Origin: Hydrurus foetidus
Lineage: Eukaryota
Length of the DNA: 64,000 bases
Direction of reading: 5' to 3'
Assembly: GCA_900617105.1 (NCBI GenBank)
Contig: UYFQ01000023.1
Span: 682,001 to 746,000, forward strand
The position numbers were made by a program, and so were the translations under genes. The notes under the pieces are model-generated. The model saw only the letters and a list, made by a program, of their open reading frames with translations, was not told the DNA's origin and did not search any database. Numbering within the stretch: position 1 is the first letter of the stretch; each line of letters begins with the position of its first letter. Of this stretch, positions 21,562-31,444 are shown piece by piece.

Positions 21562-21606
21562 AAAGCTCATCTCATCTCAAATTCAATCCCGTCCCCTGGA
21601 ATCCCC

Positions 21607-22650
21607 ATGAACAAACGCCATTGCCTCAAAGCCGCTGCCTCAGCCATCCTTACCCTGACCGCCGACAGCTATGGTGTGGTGGCCCATGCCCAAACCACGC
21701 CCCTCAAATTCCAACTCGACTGGCGCTTTGAAGGCCCGTCAGCCCTCTTTTTGGTGCCTGCCGCCAAAGGCTATTTCAAAGATGCCAAGCTGGACGTGAC
21801 GATTGACGCGGGCAACGGCTCAGGGGGCACTGTCACCCGTGTGGCCTCGGGCACGTATGACATGGGGTTTGCCGATTTGGCGGCACTGATGGAGTTCCAC
21901 GCCAACAACCCCGACGCGCCCAACAAACCCGTGGCCGTGATGGTGGTCTACAACAACACGCCGGCCTCGGTGATGGCGCTCAAAAAATCGGGTATCAAAA
22001 CCCCGGCGGATTTGAGTGGCAAAAAGCTCGGTGCCCCGGTGTTTGACGCGGGCCGCCGTGCCTTCCCAATTTTTGCCAAGGCCAACAACATCACCGGCGT
22101 GCAGTGGACGGCGATGGACCCGCCTTTGCGCGAAACCATGCTGGCACGCGGCGATGTGGATGCCATCACCGGTTTCACGTTCACCTCGCTCTTGAACTTG
22201 GAAGCACGCGGCGTGAAGGCTGAAGACGTGGTGGTGCTGCCCTACCCCGATTTCGGCGTGAAGCTGTACGGCAACGTCATCATCGCCACGCCCAAACTCC
22301 TCAAAGAAAACCCCGCTGCGGTCAAAGCCTTTTTGCAGGCGTTCGCCAAGGGGATGAAAGACGTGATCGCCAAGCCCGCCGAGGCCATTGAAACGGTGAA
22401 AGCCCGCGACGGCATCATCAACGTGCCGTTAGAAACCCGCCGTTTGCAGTTGGCGATCGACACCGCCATCAACAGCACCAGCGCCCGCGCCGAGGGGTTT
22501 GGCCAAATCAATGCCCCCCGGCTTTCGCTGATGGCCTCGCAAGTGTCCGATGCCTTTGCCACCAAGAGCCGGGTGAACCCCGATACGGTGTGGAACGGCA
22601 GCTTTTTGCCCACAGCGGCTGAGCTGAATGTGTTGCCTGTGAAAAAATAA
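21607..22650 (+). CDS. NitT/TauT (NMT1/THI5-like) ABC transporter substrate-binding protein
   Basis: Signal peptide, FQLDWRFEG, KGYFKDAKLDV, LYGNVIIA. Confidence 0.85.
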   Translation: MNKRHCLKAAASAILTLTADSYGVVAHAQTTPLKFQLDWRFEGPSALFLVPAAKGYFKDAKLDVTIDAGNGSGGTVTRVASGTYDMGFADLAALMEFHANNPDAPNKPVAVMVVYNNTPASVMALKKSGIKTPADLSGKKLGAPVFDAGRRAFPIFAKANNITGVQWTAMDPPLRETMLARGDVDAITGFTFTSLLNLEARGVKAEDVVVLPYPDFGVKLYGNVIIATPKLLKENPAAVKAFLQAFAKGMKDVIAKPAEAIETVKARDGIINVPLETRRLQLAIDTAINSTSARAEGFGQINAPRLSLMASQVSDAFATKSRVNPDTVWNGSFLPTAAELNVLPVKK

Positions 22651-22664
22651 GCAGCGTTTTTAAT

Positions 22665-22718
22665 GCTATCTTTTTTATAGCTGTCATCACATGTATTTAT
22701 TGGTATAAATTGCATTTT
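22665..22718 (+). repeat. Dispersed fixed-spacing motif inside the ABC operon
   Basis: gctatcttttttatagc-tgtcatc-ac-atgtatttattgg-tata-aattgcatttt. Confidence 0.6.
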
Positions 22719-22729
22719 CAGGGTTAAAA

Positions 22730-23575
22730 ATGACCGAAAAACCGCTTCTGATGCCTTCAACGATGCCTGCTGATGCCCCTTTTGTCGATTTCAGCGATGT
22801 TTGGCTGGCTTACAACGACGAGCTGCTGGCCCAAAACCACTTTGCGGTGGAAGCCATTGACCTGAAGGTGCGACAAGGCGAATTCATCGCCATCGTTGGC
22901 CCCTCGGGCTGTGGGAAGTCCACCTTCATGAAGCTGACCACGGGGCTGCGCATGCCGTCCAAAGGGCGGATTTTGATTGACGGCGCACCGGTGACAGGGC
23001 CGCTCAAAATCAGCGGCATGGCGTTCCAAGCGCCCTCGCTGCTGCCCTGGCGTACCACGGTGGACAACGTGCTGCTTCCGCTGGAAATCGTCGAGCCCTT
23101 TCGCAGCCAGTTCAAAGCCAAACGCAAAGACTACGCAGAGCGTGCCCGCCAGTTGCTGCAAAAAGTGGGTTTGGGCGGCTATGAGGACAAATTCCCCTGG
23201 CAGCTCTCGGGCGGGATGCAGCAGCGTGCGAGCATTTGCCGCGCCCTCATCCACGAACCCAAAATGCTGCTGCTCGACGAGCCTTTCGGGGCACTGGACG
23301 CCTTCACCCGCGAAGATCTGTGGTGCATCTTGCGCGATTTGTGGACGGAGCAAAAATTCAACGTGATTTTGGTCACGCACGACCTGCGCGAATCGGTCTT
23401 CCTGGCCGATACGGTGTACGTGATGAGCAAAAGCCCTGGCCGCTTCGTCGTCAAACGCGAGATTGATCTGCCCCGCCCACGTGACTTGGAAGTCACCTAC
23501 ACCCCGGCTTTCACCGACATCGTGCATGAGTTGCGTGGGCATATTGGGGCAACCCGCATGAAGGCAGCCGCATGA
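22730..23575 (+). CDS. NitT/TauT ABC transporter ATP-binding protein
   Basis: GPSGCGKST, LSGGMQQR, LLLDEPFGALD. Confidence 0.92.
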   Translation: MTEKPLLMPSTMPADAPFVDFSDVWLAYNDELLAQNHFAVEAIDLKVRQGEFIAIVGPSGCGKSTFMKLTTGLRMPSKGRILIDGAPVTGPLKISGMAFQAPSLLPWRTTVDNVLLPLEIVEPFRSQFKAKRKDYAERARQLLQKVGLGGYEDKFPWQLSGGMQQRASICRALIHEPKMLLLDEPFGALDAFTREDLWCILRDLWTEQKFNVILVTHDLRESVFLADTVYVMSKSPGRFVVKREIDLPRPRDLEVTYTPAFTDIVHELRGHIGATRMKAAA

Positions 23576-24339
23576 ACAAAAAAACTATCGAGCAATGGTC
23601 GCCCTGGGTGCTGTTGGTGACGTGCCTGCTCATCTGGCAAGCGGTGTGCAGCCTGTTTGAGGTGTCCGAATTCATCTTTCCCAGCCCCTGGCGCATCTGG
23701 ACGCAGTTTTGGGAATTCAAGCTCATCATCGCGGGCCATGCGTGGCGCACGTTTTGGGTGACGATGGTGGGCTTTGGCATCGCCATCGTGGTGGGCGTAC
23801 TGCTGGGCTTTGTGATTGGCAGCTCACGCCTCGCCTACGCTGCCGTTTACCCGCTGATGACTGCCTTCAACGCGCTGCCCAAGGCGGCGTTTGTGCCGAT
23901 TTTGGTGGTTTGGTTCGGCATTGGCGCGGGGCCAGCGATTTTGACGGCCTTCCTCATCAGCTTCTTCCCCATCATGGTCAACATCGCGACCGGACTGGCC
24001 ACGCTGGAACCAGAATTGGAAGACGTGCTGCGCGTGCTGGGTGCCAAGCGCTGGGATGTGCTGATGAAAGTCGGCCTGCCACGCTCGATGCCCTACTTTT
24101 ACGGCTCGCTCAAAGTGGCGATCACTCTGGCTTTTGTCGGTACCACCGTATCAGAGATGACGGCGGCGAACGAAGGCATTGGCTACCTGTTGATTTCTGC
24201 CGGGTCAGCCATGCAAATGGGCTTGGCCTTTGCGGGCCTGCTGGTGGTGGGGGCGATGGCGATGCTGATGTACGAGCTGTTCAGCGCGATTGAAAAGCGC
24301 ACCACGGGTTGGGCGCACCGGGGCTCACAGGGAGAATAA
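23572..24339 (+). CDS. NitT/TauT ABC transporter permease
   Basis: PSP motif, PKAAFVP..VWFGIG, EAA-like loop, GIGYL. Confidence 0.9.
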   Translation: MNKKTIEQWSPWVLLVTCLLIWQAVCSLFEVSEFIFPSPWRIWTQFWEFKLIIAGHAWRTFWVTMVGFGIAIVVGVLLGFVIGSSRLAYAAVYPLMTAFNALPKAAFVPILVVWFGIGAGPAILTAFLISFFPIMVNIATGLATLEPELEDVLRVLGAKRWDVLMKVGLPRSMPYFYGSLKVAITLAFVGTTVSEMTAANEGIGYLLISAGSAMQMGLAFAGLLVVGAMAMLMYELFSAIEKRTTGWAHRGSQGE

Positions 24340-24356
24340 AACCCAAGGTTTGAGCG

Positions 24357-26456
24357 CTACGGTGTACTGAATTGGCTGTAAAAGCGCCGCCCCAAACTGT
24401 CCGTCGCCACCAGCCACAATTGGAATGAGGTGGCCGCACTCGGCACATCAGTCAGCGCCATGGCGGTCGCATAGGGCGCCAAAACCGGGAAATCTTGCAC
24501 CTGCACCCCCGCAGCACCGCCTGAGGCAGGTGTGATGATGCGTACAGACAACAGCCGCATATCGGGGTTTTGATCGGCCCAGCCACGCCATGTCAGCGTG
24601 AAACCGGCGCTGACACTGGCCGCCGACAAAGGCACATCTGGCTTGGGGAACAAACCCGCTGACAAATCGGTTGGCAAGTCAGCCATCAAATACGGCGTGA
24701 GGGTTTCAGTCGCTGTCCCCAGCAAACTCACTGACGCCACGTACTTGGCACCACGTGTGGCATCTTGGCTGCCCACCCAGCCAGGCGCAGGCTTTTGCAG
24801 CAGCGAATCTTTTAACTCCCCGGTTGCGACGGGGGTTTGCGCCGCGTTAGGTGTAATGCACAACTCAGCCGTGCCGCAGTAGCGGTACAACACGCTGTAA
24901 CCGCTGGGCACCTGAATCACAGCGCTTTGCACTGCTTGGGCAGGAAGCGCTGGGGGAGTCGCGTAATTCATCGCGCGGGCCAACACCTGTAGGCCATTGG
25001 TGGGGGCCACCGCACCGGCTTGAACTTTGCCGTCCAAACTCAAGCTGGCCTGAGCCACGGGTATGACGCGCACGTCGGAATTGCGGTCATTGCCGACAAA
25101 AATCCAGTTTGGCACGGTGCTGGTGCGGTAGCCCACGGTGTCTGCCACCACGTCCACCACCTGACCACTGCGGTCGCTGACCAAGGCGGAAACACCCAGG
25201 CGCGCACAGCCGGTGGTGGGAATGGGGTCGTCCACGCAACCCGTCACCTGCCAGCGGCCCAGTTGGTTGTTTTGGGTGGCGTAGTTGCCCAAAACAGCTG
25301 CCAAATCGGTGCGGGCTCGGCCGTCTTGGAACTTGTGTGAGGCCAGCATGGGCGACGCGAGGAAGGCCGCAGCGGTAGCGCCTTGCGCGATCATGTTGTT
25401 CACGGCGACACCCAAGCTGTCCAGCGTGGCGAGGTTGGCCAAACTGGTTTTGGCGCTGGTGCTCGTTTTCAGCGTGGAAGTGATGGATTTACCGACCGTG
25501 CCTGCGCTTCCTTTGAGCAACTCGGTCAGCGCAGTGGCCAAGTCAAGCTTGACCTCCACCACGCCAGGGGACAAGAATTTGTTGCTGATTTGCAGCTGGT
25601 CACGGCCTGTGTTGTCTTTGACGATTTGAAAGCGCAACCCCTCCAGCGCTGCATCAAAACCGGTTTTGTTAGCGGTAAAGGTGCTGTCTTGGAAGAAATC
25701 CAGCGTTTTGCTGCTGGTGATTTTGGCATCCGTCAAATTGGCGGCCATGATGGTTTTGATGTGGTCAGAGGCCGTCGTCACCGCCGTGGTGCTGCCCAAC
25801 AAGGTGATGCTGGGCCAGGCGCTGCTGGCCGTGGCAAACACATTGCGTGGGGTGCCGCCCAGCAGTTGCGCCACCACCGCATCGGTCGCAGGGTTGATGT
25901 TGACGATCAAAGGCAGTGTGGACGACCCCAGCATCGAGTGCAGCACCACCGGCATCCCTGCGCCATCTACGCCTGCGGCCTGCACCAGCAAAGGCAAGGC
26001 CGGGGTAGTGGTCACCAGCTGAAAGCGGAATGAGCCGTCTGCGGTGCTGGTGCGGGAGCGGTCTACGGTGTTGCCCGCGCCATCAATCAAGGTCAAACGC
26101 GCACCATTGGCATCCACCACCCGCACGCTGGCCCCCAGCAGGGGTGCGCCGTTGGCTGCCACACCCGACACCATCAGGGCCTTGGCGGTGACGGCAGTGG
26201 TACTGGTGGTGGTGACCGGCGTGGTCACGGTGGTGGGTGTCGTGACAACAGCCGTCACAGTCGCGGTAGGGGTCGTGACGACCGCTGTCGTGGTCGTGGT
26301 GGTTGATGTTGTAGTCGTCGAACTGCTGCCCCCGCCGCCGCACGCCGCCAACAGCGTCATCAAAAGCACCGAGAAAGCCGCCGTCAGGAACAGGGTCACA
26401 CCGCCCCGTTGCGTAGGAAGCTGAGAGTCAGGAAGAGGAAGCGTGCGCATAATCAT
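24357..26456 (-). CDS. Large putative lipoprotein with a Thr-rich linker
   Basis: Lipobox LLAAC then GGGG and a Thr/Val/Pro tract; SGVAANGAPLLGASVRVVDANG beta-sandwich-like start; 699 aa ORF. Confidence 0.75.
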   Translation of the reverse strand: MIMRTLPLPDSQLPTQRGGVTLFLTAAFSVLLMTLLAACGGGGSSSTTTTSTTTTTTAVVTTPTATVTAVVTTPTTVTTPVTTTSTTAVTAKALMVSGVAANGAPLLGASVRVVDANGARLTLIDGAGNTVDRSRTSTADGSFRFQLVTTTPALPLLVQAAGVDGAGMPVVLHSMLGSSTLPLIVNINPATDAVVAQLLGGTPRNVFATASSAWPSITLLGSTTAVTTASDHIKTIMAANLTDAKITSSKTLDFFQDSTFTANKTGFDAALEGLRFQIVKDNTGRDQLQISNKFLSPGVVEVKLDLATALTELLKGSAGTVGKSITSTLKTSTSAKTSLANLATLDSLGVAVNNMIAQGATAAAFLASPMLASHKFQDGRARTDLAAVLGNYATQNNQLGRWQVTGCVDDPIPTTGCARLGVSALVSDRSGQVVDVVADTVGYRTSTVPNWIFVGNDRNSDVRVIPVAQASLSLDGKVQAGAVAPTNGLQVLARAMNYATPPALPAQAVQSAVIQVPSGYSVLYRYCGTAELCITPNAAQTPVATGELKDSLLQKPAPGWVGSQDATRGAKYVASVSLLGTATETLTPYLMADLPTDLSAGLFPKPDVPLSAASVSAGFTLTWRGWADQNPDMRLLSVRIITPASGGAAGVQVQDFPVLAPYATAMALTDVPSAATSFQLWLVATDSLGRRFYSQFSTP

Positions 26457-26536
26457 GCGGAAAGTGTGCCCTAGCTGTATGCTTTACAAACGCGTGAACT
26501 GCCCCTCTTTTTGCCAGCTTTTTTGAGATTAAAACT

Positions 26537-27685
26537 TTGTCCGCCTCTTTGTCTACACCAGCTGATGTGATCGCGCCCTCAGCGACGGCACTCCCCTTTT
26601 GGTCTGTTTTAGCCCCCCTCGTGGGCTGGGCTTTGCTGGGCAGCACGCTTATGAAGCTGAACTTGAGCGGTGGCGCTGCCTTGCTGTATTCCGCGCTGCT
26701 GGCGGCGGGTTTGTTCGCCAGCGTACTGGCCGCCGTTCACCATGCTGAAGTGGTTGCTCACCGCGTGGGTGAACCTTACGGCACGCTGGTGCTGGCGTTG
26801 GCCGTCACGGTGATTGAGGTAGCGCTGATCGTCTCGCTGATGCTCGCAGGCGGCCCCAGCACCTCAGCCCTGGCGCGGGACACGGTGTTTGCAGCGGTGA
26901 TGCTTATTTTGAACGGCATGGTGGGCCTGTGCCTGCTGATGGGCGGCAGCCGTTTCAAAGAACAGACGTTTGGTCTGCTGGGGGTGAGCGCCTCACTGGC
27001 CACACTGGCGGCGATTTCCGTACTGACGTTGGTGCTCCCCAACTACACCACGACGGCATCCGGCCCCGTGTACAGCCCCAGCCAGCTCGCCTTCATCGCC
27101 GTAGTCTCACTGGTGCTGTACGGCACCTTTGTGCTGGTGCAAACCGTGCGGCACCGGGATTATTTTTTGCCCTCTGATGCCACAGGCAAAGCTGCGGGCG
27201 ATGAAGAAATTCATGCGGCCCCCCCCAGCAACAAGGCTGCCGGCCTAAGCGCCCTGCTGCTGCTGGTGTGCTTGGTGGCCGTGGTGCTGCTGGCGAAAGG
27301 CTTGGCACCGACAATTGAAGCGGCGGTGGCAGCCCTGGGCGCGCCCAAAGCCCTGGTGGGGGTCATCATCGCCGCCGTCGTGTTACTGCCCGAAGGCGTT
27401 GCTGCCTTGCGTGCGGCAAGAGCAAACCGTCTGCAAACCAGCCTGAACCTGGCACTTGGCTCTGCGCTGGCCAGCATTGGGCTGACGATACCGGCCGTGG
27501 CCATCGTCTCGCTGCTCACAGGATGGACGCTGACGCTGGGTCTGGACACCAAATCCAGCGTGTTGCTGCTGCTGTCACTGTTCGTCGCCAGCCTGTCCCT
27601 GGGAACAGGGCGCACCACAGTACTGCAAGGTACCGTGCATCTGGTGATTTTTGCGGTTTACCTGTTCACCACCGTCGTGCCGTGA
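26537..27685 (+). CDS. chaA: Ca2+/H+ antiporter (CaCA family)
   Basis: HHAEVVAHRVGEPYGTLVL, LLPEG, NLALGSALASIGLTIP; start uncertain. Confidence 0.88.
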   Translation: MSASLSTPADVIAPSATALPFWSVLAPLVGWALLGSTLMKLNLSGGAALLYSALLAAGLFASVLAAVHHAEVVAHRVGEPYGTLVLALAVTVIEVALIVSLMLAGGPSTSALARDTVFAAVMLILNGMVGLCLLMGGSRFKEQTFGLLGVSASLATLAAISVLTLVLPNYTTTASGPVYSPSQLAFIAVVSLVLYGTFVLVQTVRHRDYFLPSDATGKAAGDEEIHAAPPSNKAAGLSALLLLVCLVAVVLLAKGLAPTIEAAVAALGAPKALVGVIIAAVVLLPEGVAALRAARANRLQTSLNLALGSALASIGLTIPAVAIVSLLTGWTLTLGLDTKSSVLLLLSLFVASLSLGTGRTTVLQGTVHLVIFAVYLFTTVVP

Positions 27686-27709
27686 AAGCAACACTGCAGC
27701 AGAATCACC

Positions 27710-29071
27710 TCAACGCGCTGACCACACCCCGCGCCGCACACCTGCGGCGGCGAACACCCCATAAGCGGTAATGCCCAGAGCCACACCCGCAAAGTGCCCC
27801 ACCATGCCCATGCCCGCTTGGTGGGCCAGCAAGCTGCCAGCCCCCACCGCCAAGGTGATGCGGGCCAGCGCTGCAAAGATGGGCCAACGCATACGTTGTG
27901 CGCCCATGGCGGCAAAGTACATCGCCATGCCCAACCCAAAACCACCAAATGCTGGGCCGATGTAAGTCAACGCTGACGCTGCAATGCCCGCCACAGCCTG
28001 ATCTTGGGTGAACAGCGAGACAAAAGCCAGCGGTGCAGATGCCACACCCAGGCCCACCACACCCGTCACGCCCAAGGCCAGCAGCCCACCCGTCCACGCA
28101 GTGCGCCGTGCGGTGCGCCAATCGCCAGCCCCTACCGCCCGCCCTACCAGCGCCGTCAAGGCCGCACCGATGCCGAACGACAGCGGAATCATCATGAACT
28201 CCAGCCGCGCCGAAATGCCATACGCCGCCACAGCTACCGTGCCATAGCTGCGCAACTGTGCCGTTACCAGCACGGTTGTCAGGTTGGCGATGGTGGCCAG
28301 CACACAGGCCACCGCCCCCACCGACAAAATTTGCTTGAACAGCACCCACGAGGTTTCGCCGCGCAGCGTCGGCACAAAGCCCGCACCGCCGCGCAGCACG
28401 ATGACCGCCATCACCAGCGCCGCCACCCAAGACACCAGTGCGAATCCCGCGCCCACACCGGCCAGCCCCAAGCCCGCAGGCTCGGTCAGCGCCCAGGCCA
28501 GCACCGGAAAAGTCAGCCACATCAGCGTCAACGCCCGTGCCGCCAACCCATGCTGCCCGCCACCCCGCAGCACCGAAGCCAGCGTGTTCGTCAGCCACAC
28601 CGGCACGGCCCCCACACCAAACAACCACAGCGCGTAGCCGGTAGCGGCGGTGGCCGATTCAGGCCCGGCCACCGCTGTCAACATCAAGCCCCCAAAACAC
28701 GACAGCCCCACCGCGAACACCAGCCCGCCCACCACCGCAATGATGAGCGCATGCCGCACCAAAGCAGCCGCCTCATCCCGCCTGGACGCACCGAGCGAGC
28801 GGGCAATGGCCGCAACCACGCCACCGCCCATCGCGCCTGTGGACATTTGCTGCATCAGCAGCGCAAACGGCAGCACCACCGCCCAACCCGCCAACGCCGC
28901 CGTGCCTTGGCGCGCTGCCAGCGCGGTTTCGATCAATTGGGCCACGAGCTGCAAAAACGCGAGCAACGTGGTGGGTGCCGCCAACGCCAGCACACGGCGC
29001 AGCAGCGCCGAAGCTGTGGGTTCGGGGGCAGAAACAGAAACAACAGAAACAGGCAAAACGGGGGTACTCAT
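27710..29071 (-). CDS. MATE family efflux transporter
   Basis: About 12 hydrophobic segments; LALAAP, LRGGG, AAYGISARLE, GRAVGAG. Confidence 0.85.
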   Translation of the reverse strand: MSTPVLPVSVVSVSAPEPTASALLRRVLALAAPTTLLAFLQLVAQLIETALAARQGTAALAGWAVVLPFALLMQQMSTGAMGGGVVAAIARSLGASRRDEAAALVRHALIIAVVGGLVFAVGLSCFGGLMLTAVAGPESATAATGYALWLFGVGAVPVWLTNTLASVLRGGGQHGLAARALTLMWLTFPVLAWALTEPAGLGLAGVGAGFALVSWVAALVMAVIVLRGGAGFVPTLRGETSWVLFKQILSVGAVACVLATIANLTTVLVTAQLRSYGTVAVAAYGISARLEFMMIPLSFGIGAALTALVGRAVGAGDWRTARRTAWTGGLLALGVTGVVGLGVASAPLAFVSLFTQDQAVAGIAASALTYIGPAFGGFGLGMAMYFAAMGAQRMRWPIFAALARITLAVGAGSLLAHQAGMGMVGHFAGVALGITAYGVFAAAGVRRGVWSAR

Positions 29072-29125
29072 GCTGTCATCTTGCCTGAATTCTCGATGAC
29101 TTGCAGCTGCAAGTAATACCCCATA

Positions 29126-29179
29126 TAAATGTGCTTTATTGCTTTATATACAGGCGTATACAGCTACAAATTCAGGAGT
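29126..29179 (-). repeat. Dispersed fixed-spacing motif upstream of ureD
   Basis: Reverse complement: actcctgaatttgtagc-tgttac-gc-ctgttatataaagc-aata-aagcacattt. Confidence 0.6.
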
Positions 29180-29257
29180 AATTCAGTCTTTCCGAAGGCG
29201 GCACTGTCGCGCACGCAACGCCAGCATCACGGCTGAACTTCTTGCTATGCTAAGCGC

Positions 29258-30088
29258 ATGACCTGGAAAGCCACACTCAAACTCGACTACCTCCGCGAAG
29301 CTGACCGCAGCGTTGCCCGCTACCTGCACAACGGCCCGTTGCGCATCCTGCAAAGCCTCTACCCCGAGGGCGAAGCCATTTGCCACAACGTGCTGGTGCA
29401 TCCACCGGGCGGCTTGGTGGGGGGCGACACGCTCGATATCCACGTCACCGTGGGCCCCGGTGCCCACGGTTTGGTGACCACACCCGGAGCGACACGGTTT
29501 TACAAGTCACTCGGCTCACCGGCTTTGCAATCCGTGACGGCCACACTGGCGCCCGGCGCACGGCTGGAATGGTTGCCGCTGGAGGCGCTGGCCTACAGCG
29601 GCTGCCTGGCCGAAAACCGCGCAATCTTCAACGTGGCCCCCAGCGCGGAGTTGATGGGCTGGGACGTGACGGCGCTAGGCCTGCCCACTGCCAACTTGCC
29701 TTTCGTACTTGGCCGCTTTTCGCAGCACCTCGAAGTCCCCGGCGTGTGGCTTGAGCGGGGCCGCATCGACGCGCTGGACGAGCGTTTGATGAACAGCCCC
29801 CTCGGGCTGGCCGGCCACCGCTGTTTGGCCACGCTGTTTTTCGTCTGCGGTGACGACATCCCCCGCACCCGCCGCGAACAAGCGCTGGACGCGGTGCGCA
29901 GCGTGATGGACGCCCACCCCCTGCGCGACACCGCCGGAGCCACCGCACCCAATCCGCGCGTGCTGGTGGTGCGCGTGCTCAGCCCCGTGGTGGAACCCGC
30001 GATGGATTTGCTGAAAAGCCTGTGGGCCGTGTGGCGGGCCGAGTTGTGGGGTTTGAGTGCCCAACGCCCACGCACTTGGGGTCTTTAA
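29258..30088 (+). CDS. ureD: Urease accessory protein UreD
   Basis: GPLRILQSLYPEG, HPPGGLVGGD, TTPGATRFY, LEWLPLE, PRTW. Confidence 0.93.
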   Translation: MTWKATLKLDYLREADRSVARYLHNGPLRILQSLYPEGEAICHNVLVHPPGGLVGGDTLDIHVTVGPGAHGLVTTPGATRFYKSLGSPALQSVTATLAPGARLEWLPLEALAYSGCLAENRAIFNVAPSAELMGWDVTALGLPTANLPFVLGRFSQHLEVPGVWLERGRIDALDERLMNSPLGLAGHRCLATLFFVCGDDIPRTRREQALDAVRSVMDAHPLRDTAGATAPNPRVLVVRVLSPVVEPAMDLLKSLWAVWRAELWGLSAQRPRTWGL

Positions 30089-30121
30089 CGGGGGCCTTTC
30101 ATACGCGACGCATCCGCCCTT

Positions 30122-31216
30122 TCAAGGCTTGAGCGCTTCGCGGAAAAAATCCACGGTTTCTGTCGCCAAGGCTTCGTGCATCGCCTTGCGGTCAAAACCA
30201 GGGGCATCCACCGCGATCACCCCCATCCTGTCCTTCCATTCCGGCAGGAAGGGTGCCATAAAGGCGTAATGACCTGCACCGGTGGCCACCCTCGATGCCG
30301 CCCGGTCTGGTGACTGAACAAGTTCGCCGCGCAGGTAGTCAAAATGGTACTTAGCGGGCAGCACCTCGTCATGCCCAGCACCTATCAGTTTGACGCTGGC
30401 GGTGCTGCTCTTGAGCGATCCGGTCTGGAGGGCTGTCGCAAACGGTGCCATCAGCATCGCGGCGCGGATGCGGGTGTCGCGCACGTCGCCCGCAGCTTTC
30501 ACGCTGTCAGGCAATTGGAGTGGTGGCTTGCCGGAGGGCTGCACGAAGATGCTTGGGTCTAGCAGGGTGCAAGAAGGGTCATCGCTGACGCTCTTGCAGT
30601 GCGCCGCCAGGCGCGCGCCGTCGGGCACACCACCGATCAGCGCGGCCACGCTGTAGCCACCGGCGGAATGCCCGATGGCCCCCACGCGCGCAGCATCAAC
30701 CCGTTCTTTCCACGCGGGATCCGCCAGCAGCGCGTCCAGCACGGTGCTCAGCTGGCGTGGTCGCTCGTACAGGTAACGCGGGTCGGCGACCAGCGAACGG
30801 TCCAAGTAGTTGTCCCCAGGGTGGAGCAAGCTGACGACCACAAAGCCAGCCCTGGCCAGTGCCTCCGCCTGCAAGTGGTGGTTCAAAACCGTACCGCCCG
30901 TGCCATGCGACACCAGCACCAGAGGGAAACGGCCTTTTGCCACAACGCCTGCTGCCTCGCCTGGTTTGACATCGGCCACAGGTGCACCCAGGGCAATTTG
31001 GGGCGCGTAAGGGCCAAAGCGCTGCATGGCCTCGGTGGCGCGGGTGGGATACCACACGCTGGCCTCGATCTTGCCCCCGTGGTAAGGCACGTCCAGCGAA
31101 CGCATACCGGCGGAGAAGTCAGCCGCACTCGCAGCAAGACCGGTACACGCCAAAGCGATGGCCAGCGCCGTTTTCTTGGCGGCTTGGCAGAGGGTTTGTT
31201 GAAACATGTTGAACAC
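30122..31216 (-). CDS. Exported alpha/beta hydrolase (dienelactone hydrolase-like)
   Basis: Signal peptide, VWYP, SHGTGG, HPGDN, nucleophile elbow GHSAGG, GHYAF. Confidence 0.82.
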   Translation of the reverse strand: MFNMFQQTLCQAAKKTALAIALACTGLAASAADFSAGMRSLDVPYHGGKIEASVWYPTRATEAMQRFGPYAPQIALGAPVADVKPGEAAGVVAKGRFPLVLVSHGTGGTVLNHHLQAEALARAGFVVVSLLHPGDNYLDRSLVADPRYLYERPRQLSTVLDALLADPAWKERVDAARVGAIGHSAGGYSVAALIGGVPDGARLAAHCKSVSDDPSCTLLDPSIFVQPSGKPPLQLPDSVKAAGDVRDTRIRAAMLMAPFATALQTGSLKSSTASVKLIGAGHDEVLPAKYHFDYLRGELVQSPDRAASRVATGAGHYAFMAPFLPEWKDRMGVIAVDAPGFDRKAMHEALATETVDFFREALKP

Positions 31217-31444
31217 CTGAAGTGGATAGGAGTTGAAAGAGAGAATGGAAGAGGAATGGCCTGAATGCTAGGACGCATCCGCTGATCCACCCCATGGATT
31301 GCGACGAAATGACAAAACCGAGGTGCAAAGCGCAGCTTCTCTGGGGTGACGCGCTCGCTTCGCCGGTAGACTCAGCGCCTCGCCCAGCGATTGCGGCCCA
31401 CAAGACCGCTGCGGGCAGTCCATTCACACAACCTAGGGAAATCC

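Noticed and set aside
21668..21684. Possible further copy of the dispersed motif in the ABC signal peptide
   Set aside because: The box is one base short and GC-rich.
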